A DNA stretch of 63,998 nt, the filler included, from Reticulomyxa filosa (taxonomy: Eukaryota; Protista; Foraminifera): NCBI GenBank assembly GCA_000512085.1. It is 21 parts of 21 records of this genome, joined end to end, with 100 filler letters (N's around TTAATTAATTAA, not from the genome) between each part and the next. Parts side by side here need not be neighbours in the genome. Positions count along the whole stretch, not along the records: positions 23,607 to 26,829 come from ASPP01000220.1; positions 26,930 to 29,682 come from ASPP01003311.1; positions 29,783 to 33,033 come from ASPP01024398.1; positions 33,134 to 35,320 come from ASPP01005211.1; positions 35,421 to 42,253 come from ASPP01024983.1; 16 more parts are not named here. The stretch is one strand, 5' to 3'. Below are positions 25,705 through 38,901 of the stretch, piece by piece. The translations under genes were made by a program, and so were the position numbers. The notes beneath the pieces were generated by a model. The model saw nothing but the letters and a program-made list of their open reading frames with translations. It made no database searches and was not told where the DNA came from. The stretch's first letter is position 1. Each line of letters begins with the position of its first letter.

Positions 25705-26792
25705 CTAACTTCCATCTACTTTTTTTGTTGTTGACTCCAAAAGAGTGAATTGTCTTTCCTTATTACCGGTCACACAGAATTGCAAATCCTAATTTATTTT
25801 TGCAAAAAAAAAAAAAAAAAATTTAAATTACTATCAAATCTCATTTCATAATAAAATAAATAAATAAAGATAATATGAACAAATAACTTGTGAAGCAACA
25901 AAAGTGTTGTTAAGTCTTGGTTTTTTGCATTTGGGCAAAAAACTAAGTTCATTGCAACTCGAAAGTGTGTCTGTAATGAAATGGTCTCTTTGACTCAAGA
26001 CGGTTTTTCTACAGCGCGTATTCACAATGGCAAATCCAATTGGCATCGAATGTCGTCGCAGCCTTTTTTTTCGAACCCTTTCGGGCAGACTTTGTACACT
26101 GCCAAGGAGCTTGCAACCGACTGTTGTCGACGACATCACCGTTTGTTTGTGTTGCTTTTCAAACGTTACTGTTGGCATGCAAGCCAACTCGGTGGCAATT
26201 GACTTCTTTGAGTATAATGGACGCAGGTTTAGTCCAGTTGGTACTGTCGACGGTAGCAATCCAAAGTCTTCTGGTGATGGAATGGATGTCGAATCCATCT
26301 GATTTTTTTCATACATATATATACAAATATGTATACACATAACACACATTCCAACCCCCCAATGTACACATATACATATACACCACACATTTGTATACGT
26401 ACTTTTGTTGATTTTTTTTTTTTTGTTTGTTTGTTTGTAATGCGCGTTTCAAAAAAGCTAGTTATTCAATCGCAAAAAAAATAAAAATAAAAAATCATTT
26501 ATGTTACGGTCCCCCCCCCTACTCCTCCTACAATGCAAAACTTGCATCCAAGGATGACAGTACACTTGCTTCCATCCGAACCGCTTGGCAGGATCGACTT
26601 GCATAAGATTTTGAACCAAATCTTTGGCTTCAGGAGTGACATATTTCCACGACCGAGATGGGAATGAAAAATTCCCTGCTTTCACCAATTCCAACAAATT
26701 GCCCTGCTTTTCATCGTATGGGGAATGACCAACTAACATCAAGTACAAGATCACTCCTATGCTCCAGTAGTCCACTTCAAATCCGTATCCTA
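25705..26792 (-). CDS. CAMK-group Ser/Thr kinase, C-lobe and tail (5' truncated)
   Basis: Subdomains IX-XI: GYGFEVDYWSIGVILYLMLVGHSPY...WKYVTPEAKDLVQNLMQVDPAKRF..HPWM. Probable tail exons at ~25888-26300 and ~25705-25788. Confidence 0.8.
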
Positions 26793-26797
26793 TCAAA

Positions 26798-26829
<32 letters not shown>

Positions 26830-27396
26830 NNNNNNNNNNNNNNNNNNNNNNNNNNNNNNNNNNNNNNNNNNNNTTAATTAATTAANNNNNNNNNNNNNNN
26901 NNNNNNNNNNNNNNNNNNNNNNNNNNNNNAGTAAAGTTTCAAAAAGAAGGTACCAAAGTTTCTTTGTAGCATACTATAATAATCTTTGTTGTTGTAACCA
27001 AATCATTCTTTAAATAATTACATTGACAAATATTTCTTTAAAGGTTAAAGTGAAAAATACCTTACTTGCAAACGAGAAAAGAGAAATCGAATCTTTAGTT
27101 TTCTTGAAATGATTAATTTGTGACATTTATATACACAAATAATGCTGCTGCGATAAGTGAAAGAGTGAAAGAGTGAAAGTTTGCTAAAAAAAAATACAAT
27201 GTTTTAAGTATTTCTACTTGTAATTTTTTTTGTTTAAAATAAATTTGTCACCACAATGCATTTAGATAAAAATTATAAACTAAATGTGTTCTTTTTAAAA
27301 AATACAAAACAATGGTATTTATTTAAAAAACAGTAACAAACATTAATGTCCGGTAAATCCTCAAAAGGAACATATTTGATATAAGTTGAATGTGAA

Positions 27397-28575
27397 TTAT
27401 CTCCATAATAAAATAGTTGAATTAGATGATGATGACACAATTGTATTTCCGTCTGATGAAACATCTATTCCAGTTAGATGACTTTCAATTTTTTGAAATG
27501 TTTGTATTTCTTTTCCTGATTTTACATCCCACCACCTAATTGTTTTGTCATCTGAACATGATATAACACTTTGACCATCTGGGAAAAACTTTACATCCAT
27601 TATTCTATTTGCATGTCCTTGCAAATTGTTTATTTGTATTTTCGAAATGACATCCCATAATCGAATTGTTTTATCATCTGAACAAGATACAATAAATTGA
27701 CCATCTGGAGAAAAACTTGCTTTACACACGGCATTGGAATGTCCTTTGAATGTGTAAACTCTTTTGCCAGATGTTATATCCCATATGACAATTGTTTTGT
27801 CGTCTGAACATGATATAATAAATTGTCCATTTGGTGAAAATTGTAAATCATTTATCATGTTTCGGTGTCCTTTTATTGTTGTTATTTGTTCATCAGATTG
27901 TATATCCCATAAGCGTATTGTATTATCAGATGGTGATGCAACAATAGTTTTACCATTTGGAGAAAATCTAACTCGGGAAATAAGTCCGAGCTCATCTTCA
28001 AATTTTTTAATCTCTTTTCCCGATTGTACATCCCATATTCTTATTGTTTCATCATCTGAACATGATACAACCATCTTATCATCTGGAGAAAATTCTACAT
28101 CATTGACATCACCTGAATGTCCTTTCAATACTCGTATTTGTATCCCCATTTTGATATCCCATATTCGTATTGTTTCATCCATCGAAGCTGACACAATCTT
28201 AGTTCCATCGGATGAAAATCGTACACTGTTTACATAATCAGAATGTCCCTCAAACACTTTTAGCAATTCAAAATATTTGGCCTATTGCAGTAGTGTACAT
28301 ATACACGTATTTATTATTATGGTTAATTGCAAATTCACAATTACATACATATTGTATAATAATTTTAGTCAAGTCATCAATCCATCCAAAATGAATAAAC
28401 AATAAATGAATCCATCTTTCTATAATTGTTTTCATCTCCTTTGCTTTCTATTTTTTGTTTCCGATTATTCTTAAATTCAGATATTTCAAAAAAAAAAAAA
28501 GTATAAATTAATTACTTGCAATTGATATACAGTTGTTTTCTTTGTAAATATTCCATATGTTTTATTTTCATTCAT
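27397..28575 (-). CDS. WD40 seven-bladed propeller protein with N-terminal helical module; 3 exons
   Basis: Seven regular GH...FSPDG..IVSCSDDKTIRLWD repeats (27397-28266). Upstream exon 28349-~28448 reads KAKEMKTIIERWIHLLFIHFGWIDDLTKIIIQY. Candidate ATG at 28575. Confidence 0.9.
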
Positions 28576-29416
28576 GTCGTCTCTCAGTTAGATGCTCGTT
28601 TTGTAGCCAATTTTTTGTTTGTATTTAATTAGATATTATCTTCCTTTAGTTAAAAAAATACAAGACTGATATGGTACCTGAAATTCCTTGTCAAACATAC
28701 TCTTGTCAAAATACTTTTTAAAAGGACCCTGTTCCCGTTTGTTAACTATCAATTCTGAAAATTCCAAAAGTTTCCAACATTTAACTATTGTGCATATAAT
28801 AAAAAAAGAAATAATTTTATGAGACAGGGATTGTTTTTATTGTTGCACAAAATAAAAACTTAAACCGAACAAAGTACAGTACGGGGACAAACCTTTCTAA
28901 ATTTAAACTTGAAAAGAATGCTAAGATTTTGCTTGCAAACAAAGCCAAAAGATCTTTCTATCTTTAAAATACTCATGTTGATTTTTTTGTGCAACAAGTC
29001 AAACAATTAAAAATGAACATTGCATTCCTTTGGAACTTTCGTGGTTGACCCGCTTTTAGTGACTTTTTAAAAATTGGGTAATAATTTCAAAGCACTTATT
29101 TACAAAATTCTAGCGACCTATTCAAACAAAGACCTTCACAATTTGTTTACACACAAAGACGAGATTAGTGAAGTGGCTTACATTTTTGTGAAACAAATGC
29201 TGTGGGAAGGATCAATTCAAACTTTTCTTGTTCACAAACACGTTTTTTTTTAATTCAAAAACCAAAAATCTACACGAAAATGAAAAAACACAACCCCTAA
29301 ACATTGTACATGGCCGGAGCCCTTTTAATTACATCAGCGTCAATCTAAGAAAAAAAGGATCAAATGAAAAGTTCGGACAGAGCTAACACCATTGAAAAAA
29401 AAATCAACAAAATATT

Positions 29417-29670
29417 TTATACTTTACACAAGCAAACAAAGTTAAAAACGGGACTTGCAAAAGAGAAAGACAAGATCATTGTCGTGGAGTTGATACAGAA
29501 GTCGATTGCAATAGCCGACCACGTGAAATCATTGAATTTGGGCTGCAAAGCAAGCGTGAAAATGACAATTGCTGACAGTTCTGCGACCAGAAACAACTGC
29601 AACAATCTTTTCAAATAGTTTTGCAGCTCTTTTTGATTTGATTTATCCATAACCTCTTCATTGGTCGCAA
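29417..29670 (-). CDS. Fragment of a multi-pass (7TM-like) membrane protein, last two helices
   Basis: Two hydrophobic helices (LLQLFLVAELSAIVIFTLAL; SAIAIDFCINSTTMILSF) followed by a Cys-containing tail; truncated by the spacer. Confidence 0.45.
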
Positions 29671-30984
29671 TCTTTTTTTTTTNNNNNNNNNNNNNNNNNN
29701 NNNNNNNNNNNNNNNNNNNNNNNNNNTTAATTAATTAANNNNNNNNNNNNNNNNNNNNNNNNNNNNNNNNNNNNNNNNNNNNTACTGTAGTACGCATTGA
29801 AAGATAAATTCTGCATTTAATGTTACTATTTGAAAAGGTGTTGCGGCTGGAAGATATTGAATTTCTATATCATGTTACTATCGAATATTTTGTTTTTTGA
29901 CAGGTAATAGTATTGGCAAAATCTTTTCACAACTTCGACTAATTCTAGATAATATAGATGTTTTTGAATAGTATCCAGCGTTGTTATACACATTGGTATT
30001 GTGTATGCACAACAATATTTTTTTTTAAGATCTAATGCGCAAACTAGTGCTAAACTTGTAAATCTAGTTAGTTCGCCATATTCAAAAGAACATATCGTAC
30101 ATTAAAAAAAAAGAAAACGAAACAAATAATAATTCACAGAATACTTACAATATAAAAAAATTTATACTGTTGTAATATTTGTTGGTTTTTCATTGTTTTG
30201 TTTTTTCTGATTTTGTCTTTTTATAGAATTCTGTATATGATTTAATACAATCTTAAGTGTATGCACCACCAGATTAAGGTACTCAACTTCTTTTGCCAAA
30301 GAAATAGAACGATCTCTTTCACCGTTTATTTTCTTTTGATTGTTGAAATTTTTTCTAAATTTTTCATTCAAATGATTGCTATCTTTGTCCATTTTGCTTT
30401 CCTTTTGATTTTGCATATTTTATTTTCAAATTTTCAATTAATTGCTTTTCTTCGAAGCATTTTCCTTTCGATTTGTTCTATTGTAAAATCATAATGTCTT
30501 TAACAGCATTAAAATCTGATTTTAGTTTTGTTTTACTTGCTTGTTTAATTATTGTTACTTGCACAAATCAATGTGAAACTTTTCTTTTTCTTTTTGTGTT
30601 CTAGTTTGTTCGACCGAATTGTAATGAACGTGTATAACATATTGTAATCTCAAAGATCAATAAATTACTTTGATGTTATGCACTTCATCTAGTTTTATAT
30701 CGCATACACAATGCATAAAATTCTTTTGATGTATGTCAGTTTAATTGATGTTTATCGAATTGTTTGTAGAAACTCAACAAGAGCAAGCCTTTGCAACAGT
30801 AAATTATAACACGTTTGTTAGACCAAAGCAAGCTCAAATCGTGATATTGTTTTATTAAATTTAGTTCATACTAATAAAATTGTCTTCCAAGTTTAGCATT
30901 TTCTTATTAGTGCTTCAATTAAATTATTTCAAAAAGCCAAATTTTAAAATGATAACGAAAAACAAAAAAAAACAAATCAAACAT

Positions 30985-31111
30985 ATTTAAAAACTACAAC
31001 ATTTGTAGATATTTTTTGAAAAATTTGGTTTAAATGTTTATTTTTCATGGAGAAAATTGATTCTTCATAGGGGTGCTATTTAGGTATGACAGTTTTTATG
31101 GTGACATACTG
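30985..31111 (-). mobile_element. Diverged TIR related to the Tc1 element at 2979-4723
   Basis: atttgtagatattttttgaaaaatttggtttaaatgtttatttttcatggagaaaattgat resembles 4612-4675; the tract ends ...ATACTG|TA. Confidence 0.6.
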
Positions 31112-31413
31112 TATTTTAAGCCAATCTCCTTTCTAAATGAAAATTTGCAGCTATGAGGATCACAGACAAGAGTGTTCGTTTTTTGCAATTTCTGAAAATA
31201 TGGAAAAAGTCGAGAAATCAACTTTCGAAGAAATCCGACACAATGGTTAAAGCTTTTTTTTTTTTGAAGTGAAACTAAAGAAAAAGAAGATATGTTAAAG
31301 CGAGATTACAGAACGCATTCATCCGACACTCATGAAAATATTAAGAGATTAGCAAAAAAAACAACAAAATAGAGAAATACTTAAAAAAAAAAAAAAAAAA
31401 TCTAACAAACTTT

Positions 31414-32684
31414 TTAGTTTTGCAAAACAGTGAAAATATCTTTTAGATGCGAGGAAATCTGAATTAGTTCTTGATTCTGTGCCTTGAGCAAAGCATTTTG
31501 TTGAAGGATGGCACCATGAAGCTGTCGTTGAGAGAGTGCGGACCAAGCCCAGACAACGATGAAGACAATGAGAGCAATGATGACAGTAAGAATGGTGGCA
31601 TCGAGTTGAAGCATAGCCGAGTTCCAAGCGTTGGTGAGAGTGAGAGCCCAGGCCTCGCCTAAGAGGATGCTAATGAAAGTGATAGGAGTGCCATTGGGAT
31701 TGAGTATGACTTTGGTCTGTACAGTTTCGTCATAGCCGTTCATGACGCGATCGCAAAGAGACCGAATCAAAGAGAAATTGGCAAGTCTCGTTGGGACAAC
31801 TTTTTTGCAGCGAGGGATGCAATATTGCAGTTTGGGTCTGACCACATGTTCCCATATTTGCTCCCACTTTCCAGGGGACTTGACAGTACGTTGGGAGTGC
31901 ATGAATCCACGACGACTGCCAACAAGAGAAGAAGAAGAAGAAGATGAAGATGATATTGATGATGGTGACGATGATGATGATGAAAAAGAGCCAGTGATTG
32001 AATCCGGAAACACCTTCTTCACCTCCATAATCCAATTCTCAATGCCCTCGGTCGTCTCCTGCATCACCTTGCTGGTGATGATAGCCTTGAACCACGTGGA
32101 CTTGACCCAATTCAACGCCAGCGACGCGATCATCTCACACTCGTTGCCGCCACTGCTGCCATGCTTGCGCAACACAAACTTTTGATGGATGAAAAAGCAG
32201 TCGCCATACTTGATCGACGGAGTCTGCACTTGCACGTCCACCACCAGCACATCTACTCCGTAAAAGCGGAACCTCTGTTTTTCTTCGACGCCGGTTTCCG
32301 TCGGCATAAATGGTGGAGGATCTAGTAATTGGAGAAACAATATAAATTAATAATACACATATATACACATATATGTATATGTATATACCTTTGAGTGGGG
32401 TAATGTATGAAAGATTGCGAGAATATGTGCGTGGCTCTTGGGCCGACGGAGACACCACGGAAACCCAAGGCGAAATTTGCACGTTCTTGGACTTGCGCGA
32501 GTTGTGCATAGTCCGCATCATGGTTTCGGAAAAGTAAATTTTCTCAAAGTAGTCCAACACGTTGGCACGTATGCACACGCGGCGAATTTCGGAAAACGTC
32601 AGGTGCTCCAAGTCCGGCACCGTCGGCGTCGCATTTTGAAATGTGGTGTCGACGTACTCCATCACGGAATTGTTTGTGCCTTCC

Positions 32685-32726
<42 letters not shown>

Positions 32727-32908
32727 GATTGTTGCTGTGATTGTTGTTGCTGTGATGATTGTTGTTGCTGCGACTGTTGTGATTGCTGTGACTTATTTGA
32801 CTTGGTTTGTTTTGCTTTGGCGTCCAATTTGTGGACATTTTTTGTGGTCAAACTTTGTGATGATAACGCTTGGAAACTGTAGTCTGGCATTCGTTTTAAC
32901 TCGCCCAC
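31414..32908 (-). CDS. VASt (StART-like) sterol-transfer protein of the Aster/GRAMD1/LAM type, with C-terminal TM and coiled coil; 5' truncated
   Basis: VQISPW..YSRNLSYITPL and VQVQTPSIKYGDCFFIHQKFVL..CEMIASLALNWVKSTWFKAIITSK are VASt-like. TM segment ILTVIIALIVFIVVWAW; polyQ upstream; intron ~32325-32387. Confidence 0.8.
32684..32790. repeat. (TTG)n tract encoding polyQ on the minus strand
   Basis: Directly visible; in frame within ORF 32135..32908. Confidence 0.95.
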
Positions 32909-32989
32909 GTCATCATCATCATCATCAACGTCATCATTATTGTCTTCGTCTTCGTTATTGCCATTATTACCATTATCTCATCATCAATA

Positions 32990-33033
<44 letters not shown>

Positions 33034-33519
33034 NNNNNNNNNNNNNNNNNNNNNNNNNNNNNNNNNNNNNNNNNNNNTTAATTAATTAANNNNNNNNNNN
33101 NNNNNNNNNNNNNNNNNNNNNNNNNNNNNNNNNCACATGTTTAAATTTGTCCAAATACGCTTCATATCAACAAAGTTGCTGCAGACCAGCACAATTACTC
33201 GATCGGCTTAGCAATGTGTATTTTTTTAGGCAAAAAAAGCCAAGGTCCAAAGAGCATAGAATGCATATAACACGACCTTTTTTTTTGGGAAGAGTAGCGG
33301 CGCGTATGGCAACGGAGAAAATATGTATCACGATCAGGTCACATTCAAATATAGGTCAAATTATATTTCAATTATAGCAGTTTGCAGGAAAAAATCGCAC
33401 AATAACAATAACTTTCGATTTTTTTTTTTTATAAATATTTCATAGTTGATGCCATCTAAAAAAATGTGATATTCACAAACAAACAGGCACAATTTAAGCT
33501 TACTCATAGCTTTGTTTGG

Positions 33520-34520
33520 CCAAGCAATTGCAATTGTTGCAAAGAGAGGCATTGGACAGTGAAAAGTCATTTGCTTTTTCGTGATTGGGTGCTCCAATTC
33601 TAACAAATGGGTGTGTTCCAAATTGATATGTGTTTACAGTAGAGCCAAACAATAATTTTTCGATTTGCAAATTTCAATATTTGGGAACTTCTTTTCGACA
33701 ATAAAATCCTAATTCCAAGTATGCGGATTGCAAGCGTATTTAGTCACATTTAATGTAAGAGAGCACGTGTTGTCCTTCATATTGTGACAATTGACGGAGC
33801 AGTTTATCGAATTTTTTTGCATTTTCTTCAAAGGTTTCACTGCAATGACGATTGACATAGTTCACCATATCAATTTCAAAATTGTCCAGCCTTAAAAAAA
33901 CTGAGTAATCGGCACATCTAACATATCAGCTTGTTCAACACAGATATACATGTACATTTTTTTTGGATCATTCAAAAATTTGGAACGCTTAAGAAAGACA
34001 AAATGTTTAGAAGAAAAGAAAAAAAAGCTGAGACTGGCCAGTGATTTTGTCTTTAAGAAGACACAGTCACCCGCTTCAAAGAAGACTTTTTCATTGTGGC
34101 TGCCATTCTCCAGTCATTTAACAATTGTCTCCTTTGTGACAAACAAGCCATGGCCCTCTTTGGTGCTAAAGTAGTTGCCATGTGACCTTTTATATTGAAT
34201 TCCCAAAATGGACTTTTCCAATCTATTTGATCACACCTGCAAAAAGTCAACAGATTGTTTTTTTTAGGCTGTCAAAAATCGATATGCGATTCAACAAATG
34301 AAAACTGAAAAAAAAGGGATTACAACATAACATATGCATGTGTATATGTATATTATTTATACATATATATACATAATATGAACGTATGTTTAAAAAAACA
34401 AACACCTTTTCTATTGTTAATCAATTCGACCCGATTACCGAGTCTTGATTTTAAAAACAATTGCAAACTTTGTCGAGATTCATTAAGTGGAGTTCTCTTC
34501 ATTGTTAGGGATTCTACGGG
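33520..34520 (-). pseudogene. Possible decayed RluA-family pseudouridine synthase C-terminus
   Basis: Only HTHLLELEHPITKKQMTFHCPMP resembles the RluA C-terminal motif. Upstream frames are interrupted and the catalytic HRLD motif is not seen. Confidence 0.3.
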
Positions 34521-35420
34521 AAAGTCCTTTTTTTTTTATTTTTTTGAAAAGTCATTACTCAAGAAAAAGTAATGATTATTCAAAAAAAAAAATTTGAATT
34601 TTTAATGATTTATTTTTGGAATCACAAATGAAATAATAAACAAAAATTGGAACAAATATTTTTTTCAAGTTGTTTTGTCAAAATATTACAAAAAATTGTA
34701 AATTTACATCTTTTTAAATAAATATTTATTAGTTGTGTATTTACGTATTATTTAAGAAAAAAGGTTTTTTTTTTTTTTTCTTTGGTTGTCTCTTCGTACC
34801 AATTCGTAATTAGTGTGATATTGCCCTCTCTCTCACAAAGCACTGGTATGTCTTTTTTCTTTTTTTAAATACTTTTGTAACTTAAAAGAGTGATGTTGTT
34901 TTTTTTTTGTCACAGACTTAGCACTTTGATAAAAAAAAAATGATGATTTTTTTATTTGGATGCATTACATCCTTCAGCAAAATAAAAAATATGTGTGTTG
35001 AATATGGGGTAAGGCCCCCCCGTCTCCTCAAGGAGTAACAAAGGTTTGTTATTTTATATATAAATATTTTTTTTAAAAAAAATAATTAACTTTGTTTGTT
35101 TTTTCAATTATAGCCTCAGCCCGTCCAAAAAAAAAAATATGTATACGTCTCCATCCCAATTCCCTGCAAATAAAAATTTTGGGGTTGAAGCCACCCCTCA
35201 TTCAAAATAAAATCAAAGAGTTTGTATCTTTTGTTTTTTTTGTTTATTTATTTTATCAAATCATTATTTGTTTTTCAATAGGCATGCCCCCATCAAAAAA
35301 ATATATATTTGTCCCCCCCCNNNNNNNNNNNNNNNNNNNNNNNNNNNNNNNNNNNNNNNNNNNNTTAATTAATTAANNNNNNNNNNNNNNNNNNNNNNNN
35401 NNNNNNNNNNNNNNNNNNNN

Positions 35421-35565
35421 TCGTCATCGTCATCTGCTTTTTCTTCTCTTAAAAAAGATATCTCGAAAATGAGCATTTCCAGTGATGATTTGTTTGGAAA
35501 TAAAAATTCCGAAATTACCCCTGTTTCTACAAGTTCGTTGTCTGAAGCTAATGGGGACAACAAAA

Positions 35566-35598
<33 letters not shown>

Positions 35599-35926
35599 AT
35601 AGTAAGATAACTAATAAATTTATGAGTCAGTTATCTAAAACCTTGAAATTAAAAGGGGCCATTCCACTCACAATGATGACAAGTTCCAAACGTCGGCCAA
35701 TTCGGTACAGATCCAACACTTGGTCACAAGCTTGTCGGATATCATTCGGGAAAAAGAAGAGGTCATCGAGAGTTTGAAAGAATCCAGGCATGTTCTGGGA
35801 TTGAAAGTCTTAAAGTTGGAACAGGAAATTCAAACTTTGAAACCACAAACCAATGAAGACCAACACACACAAGCACCCACTCAGGCTACCAGTGTACCAG
35901 CTGATGAAAATATTAATACTACCTAA
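35421..35926 (+). CDS. 3' fragment of a low-complexity/coiled-coil protein
   Basis: Poly-N stretch, then LSDIIREKEEVIESLKESRHVLGLKVLKLEQEIQTLK in a shifted frame (intron or indel between). Confidence 0.4.
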
Positions 35927-37524
35927 AAAAAAAAAAAAAATTAAATTAATTAAAAACACAAAATGTTGGATTTTTTTTTTTTTTTTAAGTGTCCTTTGAT
36001 ACTCTCCATTTCTTCTTTTTCGCTCAAATACTGCTTTCCAGCAACATTAACTTCTGGGTGTTTGGAAAAAAAATAAGTGGATCGTGATATACTCATTCAA
36101 TGAGAATACATTATCTTAAGTATCTAAAGTAGAGAGTTTTGGTTGTTGATGTTTGTGAAAAACATTTATATCCTCGCCGAGGAATGCTGTGCGCAGCAAT
36201 TTCAAAAAAGCTAAAGAATTTCATGGAGAGTTTATAAATGTTCAGTCAAAATCTTTTTATAGTTTATTTAGTATACCTTCAAAAATACTATTATCATGTA
36301 TTCGAAAAATTTCTTTTTTTTCACTTCATTCAAACAAAATAAGAGTTGATTACATCACAAAGGGTTATTTCTCCTTACAATCCATTTTCTTTTTTTAAAT
36401 AAACATCAATCGTTTCTCATAAACAGTCTATCCAACTCTTTTGCAACAGATTCATGAAATAACCACATTACATTTCACGTCATTTTTTGTAAATATTCAG
36501 AAACAAGCAAATAGAATTGTAAGGAAGGGAAAGAGGGCAATTTCCATTTTTTTCTCATCTTTGTGACATATTAAAATAATGTCTCTTTGTGAAGAATACA
36601 TAATAGATCAAATACTCTCTGATTTGCAAAAAAAAGATTATTTACTTTGAATTTGTTATCGCTTGTTCATATACATAAAATGAATTGCTTTAATTTCGTA
36701 AATATATCTACTATAATGCCGAATTGTTTTGACTATATACCCTTTTACTGTGTAACAGGAAAATCTATCTTTAAATTTTTTTTTTAAAGTGACAAGTTAA
36801 TAGAATTTCTTTATCAAAATATTTGATTTAAATATATTAATACTTTTCCATGTTGACAAAAACAACACAACTGCTTTCGCACTTGCTTCTAGCTCTAAAA
36901 CTGTAAACAATTGCTTCATAATCCCTTGCTTTGCTTTGCTGTGCACCCACATGACAGAGAAAAAAAAAAAAAAATGGAACTACGTCCACCCTTGCAACTT
37001 GTTGATTCAGTTGATTTTTTGAATATAATTTGGATTTGACAAAACATATCAATAATACAATAACTATGTTATCTAACAAATATTTAATTTAAAAAAACAG
37101 TTTTTTACTTTCTTGAATAAAAGTGGGTCATTTTTAAAAACAGGTTCAAAAAAAATTAAAAATGACCCACAAAATAAAGAAAATGACTCACAATCCAGAA
37201 TATTCGTTTTTTCTTTTCCAATTATTTCCAACTGTAATAATTATGCAATGAATCAAAGGGGAAAAGATTACGTATTGAACATATTGCTTATTTTTATAAA
37301 AAGTGATAAATAGTTATTTGTTGATGCTTCCAAAAATGTAAGTAAGACATGCACATAAAAAAAATTATTGTCTTTTTTATACTACATTTTCTCACTATAA
37401 CTCAAATTTATATTTTGCAAATTTCATATGGCCACTAAACTGTGCGTAAACATATGCAAAAATAATTAGTACAGTTCGAAGAGGGTCTTCGACAACATAC
37501 AGTCCTTTTAAGAACTTTAATATA

Positions 37525-38901
37525 ATGGAGAAAACAACAGGTTTCCGATTTGTTGCCCGAGGGATTCCTTCTACAGTGTCTGAAGAACGAATTGCAACAG
37601 ATTTGAATAAATTCCGAGGCAGATATCTAAATTTTCATTTATACGAACAGCCCACTCTTCCAGATCGTATACAAATCAACAAAGTGTCATGGAAGCGCCT
37701 CTATATCCAATTCGCAACAAAAGCAGAAGGTAATCGTTTTAAGAAGTATTTTGAGACCCTTGAATACCCACTTGACGGTAAGCATTGATGTTTTTTTTTC
37801 CTGTCAAAAAAAAAACACGAACAAGTAAACAAGCAAGCAAAAATAATGACATTGAAGAAAAAAAACAAAACAAAAAAAAAAGAGTCAAACGAACAATCCG
37901 TGCACCCGAAAGTGCATCTTGCCTTTACACAAGCGGATTCCAACCCAACAAAGAGTGTACACACAGAAATCGGAACAATATTTACAGGTTTAAATCTCCT
38001 CGGTTTCAAGCAGTTGCAGCACCTTTTTTTTTTTTTTTTTTTTTAAAAAAAAAGATCCAGATTATTTGGAGTTTGTGAAAAAACGTGAAGAAATCGAAAA
38101 ATATGGAGCCTGTCAAACTGAGCCAAATTCGACTACAAAAAAAATCTCGAATGAGCCGGCAAAAGCGGTATCCTCGTTGATACAATTGTTATTAGCAAAA
38201 GATGAACCATCATCACGTTGAGTAACAACTCCATCATTTGTGTTGTCCCTCTGTCTTGCACTTTGCTATATTAACACTCACTTTTGTTGAATTAATTGCA
38301 TTAACATTACTATACTATATATGTATATGATATGATGTATGGATGTGATCAAATGGGTTGAACAGAAACAGGAAAAATCATGACCAAAGAAGAATTAATG
38401 CAGTCGGAGAAATTGAAACGAGAGAAAAAGAAGACAACCTCAAAGCAGTCTCTATCAGAGCATGGCCAAGATGTAGTACCCCCCACAGACTCCACTTTTT
38501 CGGCATTTTTTCCAAAGGTGCAGATCACCGTTCCGGATGATATGGACACTGATCAACAGTTATAATCTCATACACTCCTCAAGGGCTCTGGTCTGTTCAT
38601 GTTCTTTTTTGTTACTGTTGTTTTAGCTGCAATGTATGTATATATGCTTAGAAAAGGACACATGCTTTTACTGCACTTTTCTTGTTTTATTTTGCTTTGT
38701 TTTGTTTATGATCCAAATCTCAAACTTGTGAAAATCAATTTCGATAGAAAAAATGTCCACAGCCCCCTAAAAAATCAAGCCGATATTAAGAAGACTAGCC
38801 AAAATGAAAGTGAAAGGAAAACTGACAGTGAAGATAGTAGTGACAGCGATAGCAATAGTGATAACGATATTCCAACTCAAAACTTTTCATTCATCGATTA
38901 G
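37525..38901 (+). CDS. Unknown fragmented gene with an RRM-like N-terminus
   Basis: GFRFVARGIPSTVSEERIATDL...KRLYIQFATKAEGNRF has RNP2/RNP1-like spacing. Downstream short ORFs are on the same strand, but the gene structure is unresolved. Confidence 0.35.

Noticed and set aside
27764-28237. Long antisense ORFs (also 8905-9600, 11344-12084, 58623-59276)
   Set aside because: They are shadows of real genes on the opposite strand, with no independent motifs.
32643-32882. Cys-rich metallothionein-like ORF
   Set aside because: It is the antisense reading of the polyQ tract of the VASt gene.
37476-37492. Hairpin TCGAAGA-GGG-TCTTCGA just upstream of the ATG at 37525
   Set aside because: A single 7-bp stem is expected by chance in 64 kb and has no other support.
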